Positions 24,861 to 38,295 of a stretch of 64,000 bases of DNA are shown piece after piece (positions within the stretch are counted from its first letter, which is position 1; each line of letters starts with the position of its first letter). The translations under genes and the position numbers were made by a program. The stretch covers positions 7,710,101 to 7,774,100 of the forward strand of contig NC_092677.1 of assembly GCF_964355755.1 (NCBI RefSeq). Direction: 5' to 3'. The notes beneath the pieces were generated by a model. That model ran no database searches. It saw only the letters and a program-made list of their open reading frames with translations, and was not told the origin of the DNA. Source of the DNA: Antedon mediterranea (taxonomy: Eukaryota; Animalia; Echinodermata).

Positions 24861-27800
24861 CTATGTAGTACTCTCGTAAACTGGTTCAATATTCTCTGCA
24901 ACAGTGGTACAGCTTTTTATTATAGATTGTGTTTTATATACAGAATTATCAATGTTTTCATACGATGACATTTCATTATTATCGACATCACAAAGATCTT
25001 GATATGTGGTGTCTTCTTCTTCATTTGGTAAATAATGCATGTACGTCTGAAAGAAATATGTAGTAAAATTAGTTTCAAATATTCTTATGTTGTAGTAAAA
25101 ATGTTTTCTAAGAAACACCACATAATGAAAAATAATAAAATACAATTGTTGTTTGTATTATTAAAGCACCTCAATCACAAAAATAAGCGAGACAGTTTTA
25201 ACATAGATATAGGATTGACATGATTTGCCAAATTAATTAGTTATAGTTATAGATTGAGTTCTTTATCACTATTTCAAGTAACTCTCTTCATCAAAAACAA
25301 CGTCATCTCTGAATATATTATAATTGTTTTTGTTGGCTAGCATTCCTTTTTAGCCTATAACAATGGATTTTGATAAAACATGGACCTAGTCAATGGATAA
25401 ACTTGTATAAATAATATTATCAAAATCATTAGGAACTTACGGATGAGTGGGATACTGCAGTAGCAGATTTCGCTCGTGCTTTACGTCTTATTCGCCTCTG
25501 CAACAAAATAATCCAATGCAGATATTATAATCTTGTGTTCTTTTAGTCAAGTTTAATACTTGGTAAATCACTCCCATGTGAACCTACTTAGTACGGTCAA
25601 AATCAATAATAAATACACAATAAATCAATTAAAAAATTATAAAGTTAGGCCTACCATTGTTTTACTCAAACACATAGAAGTAAGACATCCGGCCACAAAC
25701 AGTGTTACTGAACTTACAGCTATTATTGAAATCGGAATGTTGAAAGCTAGTGACAAAAAAAAAAGACAATTAGGTCCTATCGGTGAATGTTTACTTCTTT
25801 TTATCTTGAGGCAATTTATTCATTTACTATATCATATTTCAATACATACAATGATTCCATTTACATTTGAAAGAAAGTGAAACGGTTCCAATTAGGTACT
25901 GTAAAAATGAATACAAATACGCAAAATATTGTTGTAAATTCATATTGTTGTAAATTCATATTGTAATATTATATAATAAGGAAATGAGCTTATTGAAGAC
26001 ATGTAACACAATTTATTTTATATTTATTTAAAACAAAAATTGATATCGGAATCGAAAACTTGCTATCAGAATAATTCAGTTGATTAATTTCAATAGCTAT
26101 TTCAAAAAATTCCGACATAACTTTTTCACCAGAAGCTGAATTGTTTGATGTTGATGCCATAAAGACATTTGAAAAGGTACACATTTGCATTAGAGGAGAG
26201 TAAGTAATAAATACAAAAATATTATTCGGAGATGCACCTTCAGGATATTCGTGTCTGACGTAGGCTTACGGCTGCCAAAACAAAGCCCACCTCAATATTT
26301 ATAACCAGACTAATGTTGCATACAAAGGTTAGAAGTATGTCAATGCCAATATTGATTTTTAAATACAATAACATAAAAGGCAATCCTTACCATCATCGTC
26401 ATAATACATATTATTGCAATTGGGTGTAGCACCCGGTGTAGCACTTGTTGATTCTTTTATAACAGAAATTGCATTGTAGTTGCTTTTAGTTTTTCCAGTT
26501 TTTCCATAGACCCCAATCCAATATATTGATTCTATATTTTCGTCTTCAATTGTAAAGTTAAACGGTGGGTCGTTATCAAGAATTGGTAGCGGGTGATGTT
26601 CAATTAGTTCTCCGCTTTTCCCTTTCCATTCAACTATATATTGCGTATATTGCCAGTGTATTGGTGGGCTCCACTCAATTATGATTCTGCCTTTATAACG
26701 TCTGACAATACGTACATATAACGGTTCCTGCGGAATTAAGCCTAAAATACAACATTTAAATAATAAATCAATATTTGAGCTAATGTAAATTGTTATATCT
26801 ACATTTTCATCGTATCATTGTTACTCCGTCAATAAACAATACTTTTTAATTTAAATTTTAAAATTCTTTTTACTTTGATAAGATAAGATAAGATAAGATA
26901 ACTTTTATTGATCCTCAAAAAGGAAATTCATTGCTCATCATAATAACAAAGAAAACACAATAAAAACAAATATAGCATAAAACCATTCATATAAAAACAT
27001 CTAAAAAATTACAAGATAAAATTATCTTCTTGACTTCCTGTTTTACTGGATGATACCGGAGGGAATAAAGGATTTAGCAAATCGATTTGTTTTCACACTG
27101 AGGAGCCTCAATCTACCACTTGGATTAAGTTGGTCTATGATCACTTTGTGGAGAGGATGAGAGGCATCCGACTCAATGCGTTCGAAATCTTTCTGGAGGT
27201 GTTCTAGGTGCACATCGGTAAAGGAAGGCAGTTCCAGACCAATCATTTTACCAGCCCCCGACGGATGAAAGTTTCAAGGCGTCCTTTATTCCCTCCGGTA
27301 ACATTACCAGCCCAACAGGAGAGGCAATACGTCCAAACACTACATATAACGGATCTATAGAACGAAAGTAACATCAAATCACAGGAGTTAAATTTATATA
27401 AAGTTCTCATACAATACATTCTGGGATTTAATTTTTGCTGATGAAGTCTATGGTCTCCCCAACTCAGTTTATCATTGAAAACAATTCCTAGATGCTTGTA
27501 CTGGTCAACAATTTCAATTTCTTTACCTTTGATAGTGATTGGTTGAAAATTAAATTTATGTTTAGTCCTAAAATCAATGATCATCTCCTTTGTTTTTGAT
27601 GCATTTATTTGGAGATAATTATCGTCACAAAATTTAACAAATCTTTGTATTTCGCTACGATAATTTTCATCATTGTTTGAAACTCTGAGACCAATAGTAC
27701 TAGTGTCATCAGCGAATTTTTCCATCTTAGATGTTTCATGGTACCATATACAAAGTACAAAATACTTTATGTTGGAAATGTTAATCTTTTTCTGATACAT

Positions 27801-30022
27801 TAGAATCTTTTTTAGATTTTTTTTCCACAAAGAGAATAAAAATATCCAAAATCATTGAACTACTGATAAATAAACTAAATGATTACATGTCATGCTTATA
27901 CAGGTTGTAACATTCGCTGAACTTCTGTCTTTCTCAGGATCCACAGTGCAAGTATAGTCACCAGCAGCATCACAATGGATGTCAGTGTAGTTCAGGATTC
28001 TGCCATTAATTGTTTTACCAGATTCAACATGTTTCCAAGTGTAAGTGGCAGCATACGGGTAATTGGAAGAGCAGTTTAAGATTACGTCATCTCCTTCAGA
28101 TGCATTGTATCCTCGGTCAAGTCGTGCATTGTGGTAGAACTCGATGATGACTAGTTATCATGAAGAAAATGATGTAACAGGTAGGCTATTATTGATAGAA
28201 ATGTCATACTAATTATTGCTACCGTTCAAATAAGTCTATGTTAGGCTACAGACATGATCTAAATCCAAAAAGTAGGCCTTTCATTAAATTTCATCATTAA
28301 ACAACATTCTATTATTGTATAATGTCTTATTACGTAATGACATCATTTTTCGCAAGCATAGATTCAGAAATTCCATTTATTGTGCAATTCGTATAGGTTC
28401 AATAGAGTACTTACTCTCCAATTCAATGTGTCGGCTTTCAACTTCTATGTCTTTACATTTTATTGTGAACAAACAAAAAAACAAAAAACACCGTGTCAGG
28501 CTACAATGTAAACTTTTGTTATAAGGCTATTAGTATTTCTAATAATTGATTCTATTCTATTGAGACCTCGATACAACGTATTAAACATCAATATCTTGTA
28601 CTGTATCATATAAATAATATCATTCAAACAATTTCCTGTGTTTCTTCTAAAATATAGGAACGTACGTATATTACATAAAAACAATCATGCTAAAATTACT
28701 GTATCCAAAAGGTACCTTTATTCTAACATTCCTTTGTGTTTAACCTAACAAGTGTAACCCACATATTGGAGAAGTAGTAGTAATAGTAATTTCTAAATTA
28801 AATGAGCATGTCAATGTGCTTTATTTTCAAAAGTGTAAGTTGGCCTAATATGTAAAGTGTACCATATTTACAATGTATTGTACATACCACTAATTTGAGG
28901 TTGGTTTACTATACAAGATAAACTTAAACCGTCGTGTTTCCAATTTGGTACGATATTGACAGAAGTGAAAACATCGAACAATGCTGATTCCTTCAGATTT
29001 GTGTTGTTAAATGTCTGTTTACTAATCATTTCCTGTCCCAAAAATATCTGAAGTTGACCAGAAGGTAGCATCCCATAACTGTAGCATTTTACATTTGTTG
29101 TTTGCGAAACGACACTGTAAACTGTGCTTTGATCAAAATCATCCGCTGTGTTTGTATGTAGTTTAACAGCAACCGGTGCCACTAAAACATTAAAAGTTGT
29201 TACTGTATTTTTAGTTGGTTTGCGCTGCGTTAAAAAACATACATACAACTGAACGAAATAGGCCTAAATGTCCTCAATATAATTATTTGTTAAAAGCTTA
29301 TGAGCTGTTTAAATCTCATGAGTATTTTGTTTAGGCCTACGTATTATGATGTTCTTCGTAAACACGATGTTCTATTAAAAAAATAAAAATTATAGTAGTA
29401 TTCGGTCTAACGCCTGATATCTCACATTTCTACTAACCGTATACTGTTAATGTAAATACATATCGTTGAACATCAAAATCGTCCACTAGAGAACATGCAT
29501 AGAGTCCCGAAGATATCAGGTTTCCAAAATACAATCGAAAACTATTGTTAACATGCGTTAGCTCTGTAAGTTGAGTTCCATCTTTGGTGCAATAAGGTGT
29601 ACAACTACATACAGGCGATAGCAAAGTAAAAACGTAGGTACCACCTCTTTTAACGTAGTGATGCGATGCTATCGATGAAGTCAGTAATATGGAATCAATT
29701 TGGGTTCCTAAAAATAAAAATTCTAAAAAACATATTAAAATAGGATTATATTTAATTACTGTATAGTTATATAATTTCGCAAATTAAGCGCACGCACAAA
29801 TTAAATTAGTCTGAAAGTTGATTGATCGTTGCTTGAATAACTGCCTGAGCAACTATCTCAGGAAAGATACCTCCAGATATTCCTACAAGAACCAAATTAA
29901 ACAAATGCTTAGCGTATACAAAAGTTGTATCTTTGATAATTGAAAATCATACCTGAAATGAACACAACACAGCGAATAATTTTCCACATATTTGTCGTAA
30001 ATATTTTACCGAATAATGACAT
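24861..30022 (-). CDS. Type I membrane IgSF receptor (~537 aa): signal peptide, 3 Ig-like domains, FN3, TM, tail with tyrosine motifs
   Basis: Exons 30022-29953, 29707-29438, 29181-28888, 28792-28763 (30-nt, less certain), 28150-27887, 26741-26391, 25746-25655, 25497-25441, 25046-24861 are all GT-AG and in frame (1614 nt). Motifs SGLYAC; VKCYSYG..HDGLSLSCIV; VILNC..YTWK..DAAGDYTC; FN3 IEWSPP..YIVEW..YWIGV; TM IPISIIAVSSVTLFVAGCLTSMCL then RRIRRK. Candidate AATAAA at 24086-24091 and 5'UTR intron ~30036-30129. Confidence 0.85.
26877..27725 (-). mobile_element. 5'-truncated Rex1/Babar-like LINE fragment in an intron of the receptor gene
   Basis: FADDT, LQINASKTKEMIIDFR, YKHLGIVFNDKLSW, FYRSVICSV, HPLH, TNRFAKSFIPS; frameshifted; (TTATC)n tail at 26877-26901. 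Confidence 0.8.
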
Positions 30023-31324
30023 CAAAACCAATTACTGAATAAATAACAGTAACAACAGTATAAGTTAAACACTTTCGACATACAAATAATAACCAAGATA
30101 GAATCAAACGAAACCGAAAATGACATTACCTGGCGCCAGAGATGCAGCCTTTGTAATGTTTATGGTTTTCGCTTTCAATACAGTAAATATTGGAATGTAT
30201 TGTTGTTTTTTTTTATTCTAAATAATCACAAAGCTATAATTATTATTATAAGATAATGATAAGATATTGTCTTGTGAATTAATATGATGGCGTATCAAGT
30301 TATGTTCAACGGTACCACGCTGAGGGTGCCCTTTCTTATATCGATCTATGTTAAAAAAAAAAACTTCAATACTATAAATGACAATATTTTTATTCAATTT
30401 TTTGTGTATTTCATTAAATAACACGTTTACAAACTGCATTAGTACGTTTGTAATAAAACGTTTCCCTATCTAGAAAATAGTACGTTCCATCTTCGAACCC
30501 GCCAGCCGTGAATGTTAACTGCAAAAACAACATTTTTAAAACATGGATTTTGGGCGTAATACCACTATAATTTCTATAATTGATTTACTATATATTTTTT
30601 TTATAATAAACACCTGTTAAAAGTATTGTACAGTTTGCCAAAACGTTAACGACACTCTAAAACAACATTCTTTCGCTTATTGTAAACTCAATGGAAAATT
30701 CTTCTGAAAACAAAGCAAAACACGCCAGTTCTTCCATATGGTAATGACAAAAATGACGGGCCTTTTTTCAATAAAGTTTACATAAAACGAATCTGAATAA
30801 CAATGTTTCAATCTAGCAGGAGCTTGTCTTGGTGGACACCCATGAAGACATTTTAAAGCTAACACACCGTCTAAATAATTCATGATACAGTATTACTTAT
30901 GACATTATGGGGGTCGCTATAAAAAGCATTACATAGATCAAATACCTCCTGTCAACAGGTTTTGCTATGCCAAACATTGAGAGGCTTTATGCTACCTGAT
31001 GGTGTGGCACCCGGGGTTCGATGCTCACCATCCGTGTTTTTGAAATATTTTAAATAACAGTGGAAAGGGATTATCTAGAGGATTAGGTTAAGTTATATTT
31101 ATGTTATACTTAGGGTCATGCATTATTCATGATTTCTGCCTTAACCTATAGGGGGAAAAGTAATGCCCACGAGACTATAGTAGTGGTTTTACGTCTATGA
31201 AAAGTGTAAGCTTTAGAATCTCGAGGAAAACATCAAGCTTTTGAAATAAATAAAGTATAACATACTACAAATATAGCGTGACCTGGAATCAGATCAGATT
31301 TAAACACAAAAATACCCAACATTT

Positions 31325-31747
31325 TAGCATATTCCAGCCGCCGGACAGCATACCTCCCACATGTGTATAGCTCTAGTTCGATCAAGGCAATCTAACAACA
31401 TTTGGCCAATCGAAAATCAGTCGAGCGTTTAGAAACTAGAGATAATCCCTTTGATCTGGCCGAGCTCAGCGTCCTGTTGTTAGATTGCCTGGGTTCGATA
31501 AGGTTGATCATCATCATCATCATCCATATTCCGCACCAATTGTATAGCGATTGTACGTAAACGCCACAGACTCTATGTCACGTGTCGCCATTGTTTCGGT
31601 TTATTTCGTTCATTATGACGTAAGTGGTGGCGGTATGCATCATTTTGTATGGTTCACAGAATATGAAAATAGAACAAATAATATTGCCTTGATCGAACTA
31701 GATACACACGTGTGAGAGGTATGCTGTCCGGCGGCTGGAATATGCTA
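31325..31747. mobile_element. MITE-like inverted-repeat element
   Basis: ~65 bp arms: tagcatattccagccgccggacagcatacctc...ctagttcgatcaaggcaat and its reverse complement at 31683-31747. Confidence 0.7.
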
Positions 31748-33383
31748 CAATGTTATGTATTAAAAGAGTCACCGTCATTTTTCACGTTTATTTATTTTTT
31801 TTAATATTTAGGGTCATGCGTTATTCCTGCGAGACTAGAAGTGGCTAAAGCCCTTCGCACACTATAGCTATCGGCTGAGCCAACTGGCACGAGTAACACT
31901 TGAACGTATTTAATTATACCAATTAGGCCTATGGTATTTATTTCAATAAAAGGGGTGTTTACGCCACAAAGAGAAAAAATGCCATTTATTCGGTCCACTT
32001 AAGCACAGTGTAGAACTATTTCTATTTTAGTTAATAAAGGCATAAATGGTGCTCTGTAGAAGTAGAGTACGGTCAAATCGTTCTGAATATACCTCTTCAT
32101 GACTATAAAATATCAATCAATGAAATCAATATTCTTTTTGTAACCCATAAAGTTCTGATGAACCTTAATATTTAATTAAATCCTTTTCATAATAAGGTTA
32201 GTATGCAAGGGTAGAGTAGAGAAGAAGAATAATAAAAGAAACTTATTTGTATAACATTTGTGTTCAATGGTTCCAAATGGGGGCCGGAACACAATTCTGT
32301 AGAATATGAAGAACTTATATTTTATAGCATTGCAAATATTTTCAAGCATTTTTGGTGTTATCATAGCATAACTGTTTATTGCAGAGACTGCCTCATAAAC
32401 GTGTACAGTGAACGAAACTAAAATCAGAAGTTATTTTGGTAAAATATATGTAAGTCACTTCACAATAACACTCATCATCATAATCTAAAAACACTTAATT
32501 ATTTTAGCATAAGCACAGATAAAGGTAAATGCTAATCGTCGATTCATATTGGAATTCACAATAATAAGGGCAATTCATTAATAAAGGTATTGGAATATTG
32601 ATTTGTAACAATATTTATTATATAAAAATAACTATTATTATTCGTATTGATACAGATAAATTTAGTGGTAGATTGTATTAGTGGATGGATATAGTCGATG
32701 GATATGGCTTGTTCATATGCGTTTTCCCACTTAAGATAGTAAGTAGATTGACATTTTCTGTCTTATTTGTGGATTATCTTAAAATTAAGTATACTTTTAT
32801 TAAAAGTCTACTATATAATTTATTTTTTAATGGATAGTCTACACCTTTTATCTCCTTGTCTTATATATTTCAGTTACAGTAAATATACATACATATACTG
32901 TAAATATCATCAAACTGTAGGCATAATAATCAAGATACATTACAATAATTTAATTAACACAGACAATCGTTTGGAGTTCTTTAATATTTTTGTTAAAGAT
33001 ATAAAAGATAATTTTGGGATTCATTTTTTAAAAGAAAACGTTGTTTCACAGACACAACGAAAAAAGGTGGATGGCAATAGTTAATTAATTTGAAGCTAAT
33101 AAATCTGCTGTTATAAAAAATAGATTTCAGTAATTGGGGGAAAAATATTTACATAGGACCATTTTGTTGGAGAAAATATTACAAGAAGGTGAGGTTGTAT
33201 TTATAAGATTACTATAAAGCTTTTATGTAGATCATTCTTCATTTATATTTAAAACTAATTAGGTATTTTATCTTTTAAAATTATTTAATTAATTCTTATA
33301 AATGTTTAGAGTATAGTAAGAGTGCTAGATTTTATAATAAGATACATTTAGTGCAACACAGAAACACGTACTGAACTGAAACT

Positions 33384-33500
33384 GACTTCCGGTAGCAATA
33401 CACAATTTGAAAGTATTCATTTTACGAGCTGACTCATGCTATTTTAATTGTAGTCATTTCGAGTATAGATACTGTTAGGATACTGTTAAAACATGTAAGT
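33384..33500 (+). promoter_or_regulatory. Candidate promoter/first exon of the 55.8-57.6 kb Ig gene; copies have donors at 36714, 39182, 44913
   Basis: ETS-type motif acttccggt followed ~105 nt later by acAT|gtaagt; AT plus the first G of exon 55758 gives an in-frame ATG. Confidence 0.45.
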
Positions 33501-35235
33501 AATCATAATATAAAGTAAATAATCTAAAGGTTACAACGGACCTGTATTTATTTTGATACTAGGCCTAGGCCTACATCTCCGCCACCACGACAATCGAGGA
33601 AACTCCGCCTGCTTATTGCAGAGAGCGGCGCAGCAGCTGAGTAGATAACACCAGGGAAGAGTTAACTCTTCCCTGGTAGCACTGAGTTATCGAGATTATT
33701 AACTCCATGGACTTAATAATACAATACAGTTTAAAATAAATAGGCCTAGCACAAGGATTATACTTAATGGCCAGATCTAGATTTTATTGCAATTGAGCTA
33801 ATTAAACCTAAAAATGTCGGTTATTTTTATCTATAAAACCAAATTATAATAATTTAAGGGGTGTCCAAATACGCCTTATACGATTGGAATAATTAATTTT
33901 CTTTTGTGGTTAATTACCACCTTTATTTATTCAATGTTTCATAAATGATAATTTCAGAATTTGTATACATTTTCTACTTGTTTTCGTTAATTTCTGAAAA
34001 CAGTGAAATAGGGACTTTGGGAAAAATCCTTCGTGAGGACAGCTATATACAGGACAGTAAATAAGGAGGGCGTCATTATATTAATTTATTAAACATATAA
34101 TGAAATGTTATGTTCTTATAAAATGAGCCCGAAATGAGTTTGATTACAATAAATATTATTATCATAATTTCATCAATAAGGATTACTCTCAATCCTATAG
34201 TGTAATGGGCCTCTAAATAAATATGTATTTTTCATCATAAAAAAGATTCTAAAAAGATTTTATGCTAGAACTATAGGATAGTGATAATAATGATAGATAG
34301 GATGAAAATAATATTTCCACACGTCCAATTAAATGACGTCATGATTAGTAAGGAATAATATAATACAACGATTTTATTGTTTTTTTATTATTATTTATTG
34401 ACGTCATTTGATTGCAAAAAAATATTATCAGTATCAATTTTATCCTATAGTTCTATAGAACGAAAATCCTTTAGATTCTTTTGTTTTACATAAGAAAAGT
34501 GTATGTTTATATATATGTATATCGTCGATCTTTGTCGTTCGTTATCGTCCTAGTGTAAATGAGCCTTAAAGCATTTTGAATTAATTAGATCATGGTTTTC
34601 AGGAAAAAATAAATTAACATACGTAAATGTAATAAGACTAGGCCTATATTATCAAAGAGTGAATTGATTGCTCATGTGCTATTTAAAACCTATTTAATTG
34701 TTTTAATTAATACTATTATAAAAAGAAAGTTGTTATAATCAGATATTCATATTAGGCTATTGTCCTGGATGGTAAATGGATGTCCTACCCTTATTTCTTA
34801 TGTAAAAATAAATTGTAGAAAAATAGGGTTTACAGATAAATAACAGAATAAGTAATGTAAGTTACTGTAAATGCTTATAATAAAGACTGATTATTACAGT
34901 ATTCAGACCTGTAGGACATAACTGCTCATGATTAAATTTTGTTTTTTTTGCGCAAATAAAATCTTGAAATATTTTACTATAGGCCTAAATAATGAAAGTG
35001 TAATATACACGATGTCTTGGTCAAGACTTTTATAACACACCTTAGTAGATGTCACTTAAATTGATTGAATGATTGTGGCTCACATGATACCGTAAAATTA
35101 AAAAAAATTAAATAGATAAATCTGCATTTTCATTCTTGAACTATAGGATAATTGGGGGAAAAATATTTACATAGGACCATTTTGTTGGAGAAAATATTAC
35201 AAGGAGGTGAGGTTATATTTACAAGATTTCTATAA

Positions 35236-36550
35236 TACTCTAGTAGCTAGATCAACTTTTGACTTCAGAAATTGGTTTAGGGTGGTCAAACAATCATTTT
35301 TGGCTTGGTTACACATTTTGAAAATGTGGCGAAAGGTCAAAAGGTCAGGGTGAAAGGTCATAAGACCAAACACCAATATGTCCTTAAATCTGAACAACCA
35401 CTGGTCACAGCGAAGTAATTTTGGTCTCAAATTGATCAGAAGGTATACATTTATATTCAGTCTAATGGGACATTTTAGTTTAAAATGACCGGAAATGCCA
35501 TTTCTGACCTTTGACTCATAACCCAGGGCATGTATTTATCTCCGTAACTACTGGTCGTAGACACTTGAATTTGGTTTTAAATTGTTCGAAATATATATTT
35601 TGTTATATGAAAAACATTTTGAAAAATGTTACAAAACGTCAAAGGGTCAGGGTCAAGGGTAATATAAACAAATAAATAAAGGTACTTGTATCTCGGCAAC
35701 CACTGGTCGCAGCAAGTCAATTTTGGTCTCAAAATGTTCATAAGGCATGCATTTATATTCCGTCTAATAGGGCATTTTAGTAAAAAATGATCAGAAATGC
35801 CATTTCTGACCTTTGACCCACATACCAGGGCATCTTCATATCTCTGGAAGTACTGGTCGTAGAAACTTAAATTTGGTATCAAATTGTTCGAAATATACAT
35901 ATTTACATTCATTGTAATAGAAAATGTGGTTAAAAGATGAACAGAAAATACTATTACTAATGTTTCAAACAAAAAACATACCTCTACACAACTTATCCTT
36001 AGACAGTAATGTTATGCAATATGATACTTTAAATTGTTTCAATTTCAAGTAGGCCTACTAGTTATTGCTGTCCACGAGAACATTTTGATATAAACGTCAA
36101 GCTCAACAGTTCTTTTCAGAATGCTAGAAGTAACTTGCCATGTGTATCCGATTAAACTCCCCGGGCATTTATTGTTCAAAGGGGTTTTTAGGGGCAGGGG
36201 AGGCATCTTTATTTGTGGTATGGTAATATGTATAATCAAATAAATACCACCTAGATGTAAAAAAAAAATACAGCACAATTAATACATTTCATGACCATAT
36301 TGCCTGTCCTCCCCAACCTGCACAACATGCCATACACCACCTTACGCTGTATTTCGTAGAATGACCAAATCGGTTTTCTATATACACATGGTACTGGCAC
36401 TGCATGACCTAGGTTTATTAAGAAGCAGGCATAAGGCATTGTTGACCTTTAGTGCTTCCATAGATTTTACATTAAAATCACGACCAATTTCTGAAGTCAA
36501 ATTCTCTGGACCTCAAAGTGCACACGAAAGTTGATCTAGCTACTAGAGTA
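35236..36550. mobile_element. Non-autonomous TIR DNA transposon with 3-bp TAA TSD (Academ- or PIF/Harbinger-like); one-ended copies at ~47859-48235 and ~50158-50530
   Basis: TIRs tactctagtagctagatcaacttt / aaagttgatctagctactagagta; TAA at 35233-35235 and 36551-36553; empty site ttctataaagc in sister units; internal ~300 bp tandem repeat. Confidence 0.8.
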
Positions 36551-37554
36551 TAAAGCTTTAATGTAAATCAATCTTCATTTATATTTGAACGAGGATCATT
36601 GTGTACTTCCGGTACCGTAGCAATACGCAATTTTACGATAGCTGACTATCTTAATTGTAGTAATTTTGAAATAGATGAGTATAGGCCTAGATACTGTTCA
36701 TGCATTACAACATGTAAGTATTCATATATCTTAGTTCTCTTAAAGATTACAACAACGGACCTGTATTTATTTTGGTACTAGGCCTAAATCTCAACCTACA
36801 CGGCAATTGACGATATTCCAGTTGCCTGCAGCTAGTTAGATATCAGGGAGTTATCTAAATGATTAACTCCCTGGACTTAATAATACAATACAGTTTAAAA
36901 TAAATAGGCCTAGCACAAGGAATGTACTTAATGGGCAGATCTAGATTTGATTGCAATGGAGGTAAACCTATAAATGTCAGTTATTTTTATCTATAAAATC
37001 AAATTAGGCCTATAATAATTTAAGGAGTGTCCAAATACGCCTTATACGATTGGAATATTTGAATAATTAATTATCTTTTGTGGTTAATTACCACCTTTAT
37101 TTATTCACTGTTTCATAAATGATAATTTCAGAATTTGTATACATTTTCTACCTGTTTTCGTTTCTGAAAACAGTGAAGTAGGGACTTCAGGGAAGGAAAA
37201 GTCCTTCGTGAGGACAGCTATTTACAGGACAGTAAATAAGGAAGGCGTCATTATATTGATTTATTAAACATATAATGAAATGTTATGTTCTTATAAAATT
37301 AGCCCGAAATGAGTTTTCCATTGATTACAGTAAATATTATTATCATAATTTCATCAATATAGGGATTACACTAAATCCTTTAGTGTAATGGGCCTTTAAA
37401 TAAATATGTATTTTTCATCATAAAAGGATTTTATTCTAGAACTATAGGATAACCATCTATGCTTCTTTTGATGAAAATAATATTTCCACACGTCCAATTA
37501 AATGACGTCATAATTAATAAGAAATAATATAATTCATTCATCTTTTATTACAAA

Positions 37555-38295
37555 TTAGTTTTTATTTTTATTTATTTTTATTTCAACAATAATTTTATGA
37601 GGGTGGTCCATCCAGCATCAGCTGATCATTAGGGACCCTCAAATAAAACAAACAGTAAATACAAAATAAACTATAAAAACGCAAAATTAACAAAGATATA
37701 AAAAATAAATATATATATATACAAAAATACAGTATGCCAACAATGAAAGAAGGATAAAAAGAATTGTGGTACATTATTATAAATATAAAGGAAAAACGTG
37801 GTTAATACAATAGCTTCATCCATCTACCATGTAGATTGGATGATGGAAGAGCAAAATCATAAATACATTTCGTGACCATATTGCCTGTACCAACATGCAA
37901 TACACCACCTTACGCTGTATTTCGTAGAATGACCACATTGGTTTTCTATAAACATGGTACTGGCACTGCATGACCTAGGTTTATTAAGAAGCAGGCATAA
38001 GGCATTGTTGATGCACACCTTTAGTGCTTCCATAGATTTTACATTAAAATTTGCCCACAGAGAAGCACAGTATTATTACATTTATTACAATATGTTTTAA
38101 ACAAAAAACACTTTATGTTTTTAGAGCATCTTGTTCTACATAGTGTATTAGCTCTAATGCACAATGACCTGTACTGTTTTTGATATCCGTACAGACAGAA
38201 TAACATACATGCCTATCATACGTTAATGAGTATTTTTCACACATATGAATTAGATGTTGCAGGCAGATGTGCAATAAGTACCACCATCTGCGTAA
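37555..38295 (-). mobile_element. Degenerate L2/CR1-group LINE 3' fragment, copied with the array (also ~40025-40578 + 43510-43635, ~45750-46515)
   Basis: Minus-strand end gagggtccc...accctc then A-rich gaaataaaaataaataaaa tail; absent from unit 1, where the flanks are contiguous. Confidence 0.5.

Noticed and set aside
26030-26070. FSIPISIFVL-like duplicate of the TM exon start
   Set aside because: No phase-compatible acceptor or donor; at most a decayed fragment.
29182-29248. N-terminal part of ORF 28868-29248 and the cag acceptor at 29225
   Set aside because: Wrong phase (stop follows); the acceptor before 29181 gives the open frame.
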